Shown: one piece after another, positions 22,734 through 31,281 of the stretch
Layout: each line of letters begins with the position of its first letter
Position numbering within the stretch: the stretch's first letter is position 1
DNA from: a virus
Direction: 5' to 3' (one strand)
DNA length: 48,100 nt
IMG/VR virus record: IMGVR_UViG_3300001102_000009
Coordinates: 1 to 48,100 of that record
Notes under the pieces: generated by a model
Databases searched by the model: none
Seen by the model: the letters and a program-made list of their open reading frames with translations, nothing else
Told to the model about the DNA's origin: nothing
Program-made: the position numbers and the translations under genes

Positions 22734-23537
22734 ATGATAAACACAGACGCACGAGTTTTAATTTACGACATCGAAGTTAGTCCAGAAAGAGTTTGGGCGT
22801 ACCCAGGCAAACGAATCAATGAGGCGATTAAGTTGGAAACAATTTCAGATCAGTTTACTCTGAGTGTGGCATACTGCTGGCTCGATGAGTACCAGAAGAA
22901 AGGAAAGAAGGCAGTGCAGTATATTGACCTTAGTAGCTTCCCTGAGTATAAGAAAAATATGGAGGATGATAGGGCTTTGTCTTTGGCTATTTGGCACCTA
23001 TTTGACAAGGCAGACGTTCTTGTCGGCCATTACTCAATCAACTTTGACACACCGAAGATGGTGGCACGATTCATGTATCACGACCTCGGTATGCCGTCAT
23101 CATTTGAACAGATTGATACAAAAAGAATGTACTCAAAGGTTGGGCTGCCATCAAAGAAGCTAGATGAGATAGCTCGGTACTTTGACATGGACCGCAAAGA
23201 GGGTTCACATTCAGACTATTGGTTGCGATGTATTGGGGGAGATGAAAAAGCGTGGAAGCTGATGAAAAACTACAACATACAGGATGTGGCAATGACTGCC
23301 GACATTATGTTGAAAGTATTTCCTTACTATGCGCCGCCTGTGTCGCTGGCGAAATACAACAGTGCCGGCAAGTTATTGTCACCATGTGGTTCAGAAAACT
23401 ATCAGTCGCGGGGTGTTAGTGCAACCAATAAGGGATTCCGAAAGCGGTATCAGTGCCAAGTAACAGCAGGGTGGTTCCCAGGAACAAAATACTTTAAAAC
23501 AAGGGAGGAGGCATTAGCAGCACCTAAGGGAGATTAG
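22734..23537 (+). CDS. DnaQ-like (DEDD) 3'-5' exonuclease
   Basis: Exo I is LIYDIEV, Exo II is LVGHYSINFD, and Exo III is YNIQDVAMTAD. Confidence 0.6.
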   Translation: MINTDARVLIYDIEVSPERVWAYPGKRINEAIKLETISDQFTLSVAYCWLDEYQKKGKKAVQYIDLSSFPEYKKNMEDDRALSLAIWHLFDKADVLVGHYSINFDTPKMVARFMYHDLGMPSSFEQIDTKRMYSKVGLPSKKLDEIARYFDMDRKEGSHSDYWLRCIGGDEKAWKLMKNYNIQDVAMTADIMLKVFPYYAPPVSLAKYNSAGKLLSPCGSENYQSRGVSATNKGFRKRYQCQVTAGWFPGTKYFKTREEALAAPKGD

Positions 23538-23539
23538 TT

Positions 23540-23752
23540 ATGTGGGACGAAAAAAAGTTAGAAATAGAAGCAATGGAAGGAATCCGCACACAGCTTAAAA
23601 ACAGAATCACACAGGAAATCTGCGGTAATGCAACAGTAGAAATGAAACCAGAATCAATCGAGTTTGATGTTGGCGGGTGTAAGGGGCTGCGAAGAAATGG
23701 GTCGAAATATTGTCAGGATTGCAGCGATAAGTGGAACAATAAAGATGAATAA
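23540..23752 (+). CDS. Hypothetical Cys-containing small protein
   Basis: 70-aa ORF. Confidence 0.5.
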   Translation: MWDEKKLEIEAMEGIRTQLKNRITQEICGNATVEMKPESIEFDVGGCKGLRRNGSKYCQDCSDKWNNKDE

Positions 23753-24023
23753 AATTAGAACAGATTACGAGATTGTCCTGAAAGAGGGACAAAAGATCGA
23801 GGATGTATACCACGAGGTCGGACTACCAACCGGCCTCAGGGGTGAGGTAAATGTATTCCTGGAACTTCACACAACAGAATACCCACTACAGGAAAGCATG
23901 GCGATATTTGACGCTGTTGTCTACACCTTAATTGAGTGGGGTTTTTGCAAAAAGAGTCAGTTGAATATACGAAGAAGCGTTAGGGTTAGTGGTGAGGACA
24001 AGCTGGTAATATATACGGAATAG
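23745..24023 (+). CDS. Hypothetical protein
   Basis: 92 aa from the ATG at 23745 (ATGAATAA overlap with the previous stop). The listed ORF begins upstream at 23664. Confidence 0.5.
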   Translation: MNKIRTDYEIVLKEGQKIEDVYHEVGLPTGLRGEVNVFLELHTTEYPLQESMAIFDAVVYTLIEWGFCKKSQLNIRRSVRVSGEDKLVIYTE

Positions 24024-24024
24024 T

Positions 24025-24141
24025 ATGACATCAGAAGAAAAGGCAAAAAAAATTATAGAAATAATAGTTGATTGTTTCCATGGTTCTGGAAAAACTGTTA
24101 CAGAACTTAATGAGTTGATAATTAATGTAATCGAATCATGA
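24025..24141 (+). CDS. Possible 38-aa ORF
   Basis: It reads MTSEEKAKKIIEIIVDCFHGSGKTVTELNELIINVIES, with start and stop abutting or overlapping its neighbours. Confidence 0.3.
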   Translation: MTSEEKAKKIIEIIVDCFHGSGKTVTELNELIINVIES

Positions 24142-24374
24142 ACCTGCAAGATACAATGACTATGGTCACCAACAGACTTGCCGGCAAACAAGATCCAGAC
24201 ACGGTAACCGTAAAGAAGCAATGGGATGAAACGGCAACTCTAAAGGGATTCATGGTGTATTGTGATTGGAGTGGTGGTCAAAGATTTACTTTTGATTCAA
24301 CCCATCATTACTGCCGTGAGATAGGTGACTTCGATAAGTTGCCAGATTATATACAAGGTAAACATCAGAGATAA
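24138..24374 (+). CDS. Hypothetical protein
   Basis: 78-aa ORF. Confidence 0.5.
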   Translation: MNLQDTMTMVTNRLAGKQDPDTVTVKKQWDETATLKGFMVYCDWSGGQRFTFDSTHHYCREIGDFDKLPDYIQGKHQR

Positions 24375-24375
24375 T

Positions 24376-24906
24376 ATGCAACAAATAATCGGACTAGTAG
24401 GACTAAAACAGGTTGGCAAGAGCACAGTAGCCAGCCACCTAGAGGAAAAGCACGGATTCGTACGACATAACTTTAAGGATGCGTTAGTCGAGGAGATCAA
24501 ACAAAACTTCCCCGACTTACTTAAACTGCTTTCTGAGTTGTATGAACTGACCATAGACGAACTGTTCGAGGTTAAACCTCCCCTGATGCGTGCATTGATG
24601 CAAAATTACGGTACAGAAGTTCGGCGGGGTGATGATCCTCAATACTGGATCAAGCGATGGGAAGAAAAATTGGGAGACAGCAATACAGTTGTTGATGACG
24701 TGCGTTTTAAAAACGAAGCAGATGCGGTAAAGTCCAAATATGGAACTGTTGTCCGACTAACACGACCAGACATCATTCCTGGTGACGGGCATGACAGTGA
24801 GACGGAGGGGCTGAGCATTGAAGATGATTACGAGATCCACTCAAACAAGGGGTCTCACGACAGTCTGTACGAGATGGTTGATGATGTGTTAAATGATATC
24901 GAGTAA
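24376..24906 (+). CDS. Deoxynucleoside monophosphate kinase (T4 gp1-like)
   Basis: It has the P-loop IIGLVGLKQVGKST, plus RALMQNYGTEVRR..YW, DDVRFKNEADAV, VRLTRP and HDSE...NKGS, which parallels the T4 gp1 layout. Confidence 0.65.
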   Translation: MQQIIGLVGLKQVGKSTVASHLEEKHGFVRHNFKDALVEEIKQNFPDLLKLLSELYELTIDELFEVKPPLMRALMQNYGTEVRRGDDPQYWIKRWEEKLGDSNTVVDDVRFKNEADAVKSKYGTVVRLTRPDIIPGDGHDSETEGLSIEDDYEIHSNKGSHDSLYEMVDDVLNDIE

Positions 24907-24908
24907 TT

Positions 24909-25163
24909 ATGTTTTGGAAAAACAAAAAGCCAGTAAAAACATATCAAGATTTAGAGCGTGAAAACAAAGAATACTTCTTTGAATTGATGGGGGATAGCGA
25001 TCAAGACCTTGGGGGATTGTTTTGGATGATACACGAAAGAACTGTCCTGAAGTCAGATAATCCAATGGTTTTGTTTGGTGAAATTGTAACATGGTATAAA
25101 CCTGATCGTAATTTACACGATCAGTCGTATATGTTTTACGAAACAATCAGGGAATTGTTGTGA
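24909..25163 (+). CDS. Hypothetical protein
   Basis: 84-aa ORF. Confidence 0.5.
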   Translation: MFWKNKKPVKTYQDLERENKEYFFELMGDSDQDLGGLFWMIHERTVLKSDNPMVLFGEIVTWYKPDRNLHDQSYMFYETIRELL

Positions 25164-25210
25164 TTAAGGCGTTGACAAAACTAAACACGATTGCCTAATC
25201 AAAATCCCAC

Positions 25211-25238
25211 TTGCAACTAGTGTCAATTATGATATACT
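25211..25238 (+). promoter_or_regulatory. Promoter, aatcccacTTGCAA-N16-TATACT (family 3)
   Basis: The -35 is at 25211-25216 and the -10 at 25233-25238. Confidence 0.5.
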
Positions 25239-25259
25239 AAGTTAGTAATAAATTAAATT

Positions 25260-25472
25260 ATGTCAACAACAATAAAAGATCTAATTAACGAGGAGTACGC
25301 AGATATTGAGAGGGCTGTAGAAGATGGTGACGTAGAGTTCTTGAAAAAGAAGGCTTCGGAGTTTAAGGGGCGTGACGAAGATGAGAAGGCCGAGCATTTA
25401 CTAGAGCTTGCAAACCTTGCTGAGCGTGGTGAGTGGGCATATGACGAGTGGAAGGATAATAACTTAGATTAA
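25260..25472 (+). CDS. Hypothetical acidic protein
   Basis: 70-aa ORF. Confidence 0.5.
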   Translation: MSTTIKDLINEEYADIERAVEDGDVEFLKKKASEFKGRDEDEKAEHLLELANLAERGEWAYDEWKDNNLD

Positions 25473-25473
25473 C

Positions 25474-25659
25474 ATGCAAACTAAAACAACAATCAGCGGA
25501 CCAGGATTCTTTACTCTGCTAACCGTACTATTTATTGGATTGAAGCTAACCGACTACATCGACTGGTCATGGTGGTGGGTACTATCACCCCTGTGGATTC
25601 CTGTTGTAATCTTACTTATTATTATTTTGCTAGTAGCTGTCGCTTTCAAATGGCTGTAA
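25474..25659 (+). CDS. Small two-TM membrane protein
   Basis: 61 aa, with the hydrophobic segments FFTLLTVLFIGL and WWWVLSPLWIPVVILLIIILLVAVAF. Confidence 0.55.
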   Translation: MQTKTTISGPGFFTLLTVLFIGLKLTDYIDWSWWWVLSPLWIPVVILLIIILLVAVAFKWL

Positions 25660-25841
25660 ACATATACGAATCTGGCAAGTCAATCCACGACCCAGAGGGG
25701 AACGAGTGGATGATCGGGAATGTGTGGGATTACAAAGAATCTTTATGTATGTTCCTGGTTGGAGTCTCACAGAAGGTGGCGGGGCAGATGGGGGGATTTA
25801 AAGTAGATTATGAAGATGGTGGTGTAATGGTTGGTGTATGA
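25650..25841 (+). CDS. Hypothetical protein
   Basis: 63 aa from the ATG at 25650 (MAVNIYESGK...). Confidence 0.45.
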   Translation: MAVNIYESGKSIHDPEGNEWMIGNVWDYKESLCMFLVGVSQKVAGQMGGFKVDYEDGGVMVGV

Positions 25842-26092
25842 TATGCGACAAACTAGGCACAGAGATTAAGGAGGGTTCTATTATTGCTTATACAACCCGA
25901 AACAGTGAACAAATCAAGGTTGGTCGTGTCAAGGGTTTTGGTCGAGAGGAGTTTCGCTGGGGAGGTGTAGATAAGGTTCTTGTTCATGGCCTAAAAGACT
26001 CTAAGCCAGGTTACACCTACACAAAAAGAGTATTAGTTCTAATTGGAGATTATTATGTTCAAAAAGTATCCCAAGATTCACAGACTGGGTAA
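25838..26092 (+). CDS. Hypothetical protein
   Basis: 84-aa ORF with an ATGA overlap. Confidence 0.5.
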   Translation: MICDKLGTEIKEGSIIAYTTRNSEQIKVGRVKGFGREEFRWGGVDKVLVHGLKDSKPGYTYTKRVLVLIGDYYVQKVSQDSQTG

Positions 26093-27089
26093 AGAAGAAA
26101 CAGACGGCATCCTATTTGGTGAAGTACATGTTGAAGAAAAGATTGATGGGGCAAATGCTAGTATTTGGATGGAAGATGGAGCTATCTGTATTGGATCACG
26201 CAACAACAAACTGACGTCAGATGTTCTAAATCCAAAAGAGGGTGACAACTACTTTAATGGATTCCTTGAGTATGTAGCTGGACACGAAGGTATCCAGTCA
26301 TTGCTCAAAGATTCACCAGACCTTCGGTTGTGCGGTGAGTGGTTGGTTAAGCACTCAATCGCCTACGATTCAACCAAGATGAACAAGTTTTATTTGTTCG
26401 ATATCACAACCGCAACAGATGAAGAGGGGGAAGAAGAATATCTACCCAAGTTCATGGTTCACAAGGCGGGTCGTGCGTACGATATTGAAACACCTGAATA
26501 TCACGGAAGTTTTGAAAATCCAACACTTGAGCAAATCATGGAGTTTGTCGGTAAGTCAGCAATTGGTGACGAGGGGGAGGGTGTAGTGTTGAAGAATCCA
26601 AAGTTTGTTAATGTATTTGGTGACCACTGTTATGGCAAGATCGTTACTGAAAACTTTAAAGAAAAGAATGGTATTGTATTTGGCGGCAACAATAAACACA
26701 GTGATAGTTACTGTGAGATGTGGATTGCAAACAAGTATATTACACTAGCGAGGGTTGAGAAGGTAATGCAGAAGCTGCAACCAACACTTGATCGTCGGCT
26801 ACATCTGCAACACATTCCACTGGTTATCAAGGCGGTGTATCAGGACATGTTGACTGAGGAGATTTGGGAGATTGTTAACAACCTACCCGGCACACCAGCT
26901 ACCCCAAACCCAACGATTAAGATTAAGACCTTGAACCGGATCGTCAGCCGGAAGATTGTACAGATCTACAAAGATATATTAAATAACAGCATTAGCGTTG
27001 CTGACCAGTTTCAGCCGGGATTAAAACAAAATCAAAATGTCGAAACTAATAATGATGAAGGGGCTTCCAGCATCGGGGAAATCCACTAG
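26055..27089 (+). CDS. ATP-dependent RNA ligase, Rnl2-like nucleotidyltransferase
   Basis: The N-terminus MFKKYPKIH resembles T4 Rnl2 MFKKYSSLEN. Motif I is EEKIDGANASIW (KxDG) and motif IV-like is EGVVLKNP. Confidence 0.65.
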   Translation: MFKKYPKIHRLGKEETDGILFGEVHVEEKIDGANASIWMEDGAICIGSRNNKLTSDVLNPKEGDNYFNGFLEYVAGHEGIQSLLKDSPDLRLCGEWLVKHSIAYDSTKMNKFYLFDITTATDEEGEEEYLPKFMVHKAGRAYDIETPEYHGSFENPTLEQIMEFVGKSAIGDEGEGVVLKNPKFVNVFGDHCYGKIVTENFKEKNGIVFGGNNKHSDSYCEMWIANKYITLARVEKVMQKLQPTLDRRLHLQHIPLVIKAVYQDMLTEEIWEIVNNLPGTPATPNPTIKIKTLNRIVSRKIVQIYKDILNNSISVADQFQPGLKQNQNVETNNDEGASSIGEIH

Positions 27090-27894
27090 AGCCAAGGAAA
27101 TAGTTGATGGCGGAGGCAACTTCGTCCGTCTCAACCGTGATCTTTTGCGGAAGATGTTGCACTTTGATCGGTGGACAGGGAAGAATGAGGGGGTTACGAT
27201 TAAGACGCAGGAGTTAATGGCAGAACAACTGCTTAATAGTGGCAAGAATGTTATCATAGATGACACAAACATGAGTGAAGACCACGACGCAAGGTGGGCA
27301 TATGTTGCGGAAAGCCTTGGGGCAAGGTTTGAAATCGAACACATCGACACCCCAATGAACGATTGCATCCTCCGTGACCACGACCGTTGGGATTCTGTCG
27401 GAGAAGCTGTAATCAAAAACATGGCAATGCAATACAACATGTTCCCAGACCTGGAAAACATCGTAGTGGTTGACATAGACGGAACTGTAGCTGACTGTTC
27501 ACATCGGCAGCATCATGTAAGGGGTGATAAGAAAGATTGGAAAGCCTTCTTTGCTGGGATGAGTGACGACACACCGCGCCGGGATGTTTGGAGTGATGCC
27601 TACGGTCTTGCAGAAGAAAACAATGCTCGTATCATATTTGTATCAGCACGACCAGAAGACTACCGTGAGGTGACTGAGGAGTGGTTGGGTTGGATGCAAA
27701 TGCACCACGCCCACCTACTCATGCGCCGATCAGGTGATAAACGACCAGACACAGAAGTAAAGTCTGACATCTACGACAAGTACTTGTCACACTACAACAT
27801 TATCAAAGTCTTTGACGACCGACCATCTGTCATCCAAATGTGGCGTGACAAGGGGTTAGATGTGGAGGACGTGGGGGAGGGAATAGATTTCTAG
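27037..27894 (+). CDS. Polynucleotide 5'-kinase / 3'-phosphatase (T4 Pnkp-like)
   Basis: The N-terminal P-loop is MKGLPASGKSTRA. The C-terminal HAD phosphatase motif is VVVDIDGTV (DxDxT), with a later FDDRP. Confidence 0.8.
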   Translation: MSKLIMMKGLPASGKSTRAKEIVDGGGNFVRLNRDLLRKMLHFDRWTGKNEGVTIKTQELMAEQLLNSGKNVIIDDTNMSEDHDARWAYVAESLGARFEIEHIDTPMNDCILRDHDRWDSVGEAVIKNMAMQYNMFPDLENIVVVDIDGTVADCSHRQHHVRGDKKDWKAFFAGMSDDTPRRDVWSDAYGLAEENNARIIFVSARPEDYREVTEEWLGWMQMHHAHLLMRRSGDKRPDTEVKSDIYDKYLSHYNIIKVFDDRPSVIQMWRDKGLDVEDVGEGIDF

Positions 27895-27895
27895 T

Positions 27896-28303
27896 ATGAA
27901 CAAATTATTGTGGGAGAAAAAGTGGGATGATGGGAGGAGAATCATTTCTATAGACTTTGAGGATGAGATGGTGGTATTTGGTTTTGATAAGGGGCCACGT
28001 TTCTGCTTGAAAACTGAGCACGACCAAGACTGTTGTGAGCATGTTTATGGAGACTTTTCTGTGTTCAAATACCACAAAGAAGAGCTGCTTGCTAAACAGG
28101 TTCGAGGAGTAAGCATAAAAGCTGTAGAAGGAATGGGTTTCTTAGTTTGTTTTGATTCTTACTGGGAACACACAAAGGTATTTGTTGCTTGTTATAATTA
28201 CCAGAACGGTTACTATTCAAGTGATTTAGAATTACAAATAGAAGCAGACGAAGAACCGTTCCTATTAGACATAAGCGGTTGTGTAGAAGATCACATAGAT
28301 TAA
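27896..28303 (+). CDS. Hypothetical protein
   Basis: 135-aa ORF, last gene of the plus arm. Confidence 0.55.
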   Translation: MNKLLWEKKWDDGRRIISIDFEDEMVVFGFDKGPRFCLKTEHDQDCCEHVYGDFSVFKYHKEELLAKQVRGVSIKAVEGMGFLVCFDSYWEHTKVFVACYNYQNGYYSSDLELQIEADEEPFLLDISGCVEDHID

Positions 28304-28339
28304 GAAAAACCACCCAATTACGGGTGGTTTTCTGTTTTT
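28304..28339. terminator. Bidirectional rho-independent terminator between the convergent arms
   Basis: A 10-bp stem, aaaaccaccc (28306-28315) with gggtggtttt (28322-28331), has the loop aattac and is followed by ctgttttt. Confidence 0.7.
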
Positions 28340-28364
28340 GATTGCAACGCAAGTGAATGCGAAG

Positions 28365-28910
28365 CTATCCTTTCATTCTTTCTTTTGCCAGTAGAACCAT
28401 TAGAACCGAGATCAATTGCTCAATCTTTCTAATTAGTTCCCTGATCTTGTCGTCCTTACTTGGCTGATCTAGTAGGTCAGCGTAGTAGGTGTCAGACAAT
28501 AGTTTGCCATGACATGACTTGTTGGCGTAATTACGGTGTGGGAAGATGTCCCTTGTCGTAATGTTGGGGAATTGTTCCTGAATGTGTGGCCAGATCTCTT
28601 GTGTCCAAGCGTCTATCTGTGCCTGACTAGGAAGGTGGTTGTCACCATTGCCGATAAAGCATACACCAATTGATGAGAAGTTCTGCCCTCTGGCATGAAC
28701 ACCCTCTTGGTTGAATGGTCGAACAATGGTCCACTTTCCACTCCACTCCACAACAATGTGGTACCCGCCGTATCTAGTAACATCGGTATGTAGGGAAGAA
28801 GGGTTATATCCATTCCATCTATCATAATGTATTTGTCCGATATCCTTTGCCGTCCATGTGGTCGGGGTTACGGATGTGTGGGTGATTACCTTATCAGGTT
28901 TATTTTCCAC
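28365..28910 (-). CDS. N-acetylmuramoyl-L-alanine amidase (Amidase_2 / T7 lysozyme-like endolysin)
   Basis: VITHTSVT, GYHIVV, GVHARGQNFSSIGVCFIG and PHRNYANKSCHG parallel T7 gp3.5 IFVHCSAT, GYHFII, GSHAKGYNHNSIGVCLVG and HHEVAPKACP. Confidence 0.85.
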   Translation of the reverse strand: MENKPDKVITHTSVTPTTWTAKDIGQIHYDRWNGYNPSSLHTDVTRYGGYHIVVEWSGKWTIVRPFNQEGVHARGQNFSSIGVCFIGNGDNHLPSQAQIDAWTQEIWPHIQEQFPNITTRDIFPHRNYANKSCHGKLLSDTYYADLLDQPSKDDKIRELIRKIEQLISVLMVLLAKERMKG

Positions 28911-29100
28911 TTAGGTATCGTTTAGCCAAAACAATAAGTCCGTTTACAATTGGTAGGATAAACATGAACTCTGGATCTACTTCCAGTTCGCTCACGTATG
29001 TACCGAGGTATGTAAGTCCGGCTGTAGCTGCTGCATAGAATACACCCTTTGCAACCTTTACTACGTCATCGAAGTTTAATGTGTACTTTGCTGATTCCAT
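28900..29100 (-). CDS. Small membrane protein (holin or antiholin candidate)
   Basis: 66 aa with two hydrophobic segments, directly upstream of the endolysin. Confidence 0.5.
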   Translation of the reverse strand: MESAKYTLNFDDVVKVAKGVFYAAATAGLTYLGTYVSELEVDPEFMFILPIVNGLIVLAKRYLSGK

Positions 29101-29114
29101 ATATTGTTACTGTT

Positions 29115-29408
29115 TTATTTTGTTAAGAATTTTTCTTGTAGGTATTTTGCCAAGATTGACATTCCCTCTATACCAAGCCATCCACCAGTACCAGCTAGTG
29201 CTGTGGTAATGTATGGGTCGGCAGGGAAGTAGTGCAGTGACACAAGTCCAAACACCACACCGGTGAATGAAGACATGATTGTCAGTGCTGCGAAGTCAAC
29301 CATTGATTTGGTTTCTCCTCGTCGGTATGCACTTAGTGCGTGGGCTAGTGCCCCGAACATTGCCATTACTCCGTGGGCGATAACTGTTGGGTTAATTATT
29401 TCTGTCAT
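29115..29408 (-). CDS. Holin candidate (about 3 TM segments)
   Basis: 97 aa with hydrophobic segments VIAHGVMAMFGALAHAL, FAALTIMSSFTGVVFGLVSL and TTALAGTGGWLGIEGM, located in the lysis cassette. Confidence 0.5.
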   Translation of the reverse strand: MTEIINPTVIAHGVMAMFGALAHALSAYRRGETKSMVDFAALTIMSSFTGVVFGLVSLHYFPADPYITTALAGTGGWLGIEGMSILAKYLQEKFLTK

Positions 29409-29409
29409 A

Positions 29410-29973
29410 TTAGTTTACTCGAATAAAGTTGCCAATAGATCGACGCATACGCACACCAGCTCTGGTTCCGGCCCATGTGCCGACCTCTGTAATAGTTCTA
29501 AATCCTACCTTGGCACCATTGGGCACATCTACTGGTGCAGCAGTTAGGTCAACATACAAAAATGCGTTATTGTCCTGACCGTCACCAGCGGCAGTAATAT
29601 CTACAGTGGTAATTACGGTGTTTGAATTGTTTTGGAAGTCCATGATACCGGTACTAAGCGATTCTCCTACAGATCCTCCAGAATCTGCGTCAATCCAAAC
29701 ACCAATAATTTCCCAATCATTGTCGATTGGGGCACCGATGGTACCTACGTCACCATTACCCCATGAATACTGAGAGTTGTTACTAGAAACAGCTCCTGAT
29801 TCTTCTGCCCAAAGCTCTTTGTACTCATAAACGGTCTCAATTGTCTGAGAATCGTCTTGTGATTGCTCTGCGGCAAGTTCAGTCTGCCAGTTTGGGTTAG
29901 CTGCCGTAAGGACGGTAGTTATGTCTGGTTCAATCTGAATCATTGCGTTGATTAGGTCGTTTGTTACTGACAT
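29410..29973 (-). CDS. Hypothetical tail or fibre-associated protein
   Basis: 187-aa ORF, tightly coupled (TAAtATG-type junction). Confidence 0.55.
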   Translation of the reverse strand: MSVTNDLINAMIQIEPDITTVLTAANPNWQTELAAEQSQDDSQTIETVYEYKELWAEESGAVSSNNSQYSWGNGDVGTIGAPIDNDWEIIGVWIDADSGGSVGESLSTGIMDFQNNSNTVITTVDITAAGDGQDNNAFLYVDLTAAPVDVPNGAKVGFRTITEVGTWAGTRAGVRMRRSIGNFIRVN

Positions 29974-29974
29974 A

Positions 29975-30520
29975 TTATGGAAGAATGATGGCAGTTACTT
30001 TTTCAACTGCTTCGGCGGTGAAGTGACCAATTTCTGAGTTTACCACACCACCTTGAGTAGAATCTTGTTCAGTAGCAACGGTATATGTTGGGTTTGTCCC
30101 AGGGTTGTGGTCAACAATAGCGATAGTGTTACTGGATTCCTCATGATCAGTAGCGTCACGAATGTAACCAGTGGCACTGTTAGCAATTTCGTTACCCGCC
30201 GCAGCTCCGTTTTTGCGAAGTGATAGTACTGGTGCGGGTCGCTGGATATTCACACCATTGGCAATAGCCTGCTTGACCATAACCGTGATTCGCACGCTGT
30301 CTGGTGTTCCGGCATACGTTAGTACATTCCCGGCAATTGTCCAACCTGTGTCAGCACGCTCACTAGTAATGGCAAGTGTACCGTTATCGTTTACGTCTTG
30401 AATTGGTACAGATGCCGCAGCCAGGAACGTCGAATCCACCTCAGCAGTATTTGACCGTAGAGCGTTGAACTCGTCACGAATGCGCTGAATACAGGCTGTT
30501 ACTTGAGTTCGGAAAGACAT
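29975..30520 (-). CDS. Fibre / receptor-binding protein paralogue (N-terminal RIRDEFN motif)
   Basis: The start was set to the ATG at 30520 (MSFRTQVTACIQRIRDEFNALR), 1 nt after the upstream stop. Confidence 0.6.
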   Translation of the reverse strand: MSFRTQVTACIQRIRDEFNALRSNTAEVDSTFLAAASVPIQDVNDNGTLAITSERADTGWTIAGNVLTYAGTPDSVRITVMVKQAIANGVNIQRPAPVLSLRKNGAAAGNEIANSATGYIRDATDHEESSNTIAIVDHNPGTNPTYTVATEQDSTQGGVVNSEIGHFTAEAVEKVTAIILP

Positions 30521-30521
30521 A

Positions 30522-31277
30522 TTAGAGTAGGCCAGTAGTGAAGTCTGCAACGAAGTCGTGGTTCGTATCTCCAACAGCTGTGTCAAGTGCTAGGATGGCT
30601 GACTTGACTGTTCGGTTGTCAGTGATGTTTGGTGAAGACATCGCACCAAGGTTTACAGAGTTAACTGGTACACCCGATAGTGTTACTAGGTCATCGACAT
30701 CTGCTTGTGCGTCGTCAGCCGCCGTCTGTGCAGTTACAACATCTGCTGCGTTTGTAGCAATGTCTGCCTCCATGGCATCTAGATCAACTGCCTGTGTGAC
30801 AGTGATGTTGTCTGTCTTTGCAGTTACTGCTGCTAGGTCTGCTGCTCCGACCGCACCGATGTTTGTTCGTGCTTGTGCTTGCTGTGGCGCAGTAAATGAT
30901 TGTGCTGCTGCTGCTGACACAAGGTTTGCGTCTGCTGCCGCGTTGGCTGCAACTGCTGCTGCAAGGTCTGAAAGGTCTTCACCCTCAAGAGCTGCTGCGA
31001 TCTGTGCTGTTGCATCTGCTTGAGCTGTAGCCTCTGCCGCTGCCTGTGCTGCCGCAATGTCTGCTGCAATCTTTGTACCTGAGAAGGTGGTGGTAAGACT
31101 TGCTGCCGCATCGTTAATTGAAACACCTGCTGATGTAAGAACTTCGTTAATTGCAGCAACTAGACTTGATTTGTCTGTGGTGTTTAGGTTAGAAAGATCA
31201 CCACGAAGACCACGAATAGTGTTGAACTCATCGCGTACTCGTTGTAATGCTGCTGTAATATTTGTTGTTTGTGACAT
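30522..31277 (-). CDS. Ala-rich coiled fibre protein (N-terminal RVRDEFN motif, C-terminal DFVADFTTGLL motif)
   Basis: 251 aa. It has long Ala-rich heptad-like stretches and the module KTDNITVTQAVDLDAMEADIA, which is shared with the 620-aa fibre. Confidence 0.6.
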   Translation of the reverse strand: MSQTTNITAALQRVRDEFNTIRGLRGDLSNLNTTDKSSLVAAINEVLTSAGVSINDAAASLTTTFSGTKIAADIAAAQAAAEATAQADATAQIAAALEGEDLSDLAAAVAANAAADANLVSAAAAQSFTAPQQAQARTNIGAVGAADLAAVTAKTDNITVTQAVDLDAMEADIATNAADVVTAQTAADDAQADVDDLVTLSGVPVNSVNLGAMSSPNITDNRTVKSAILALDTAVGDTNHDFVADFTTGLL

Positions 31278-31281
31278 ATTG

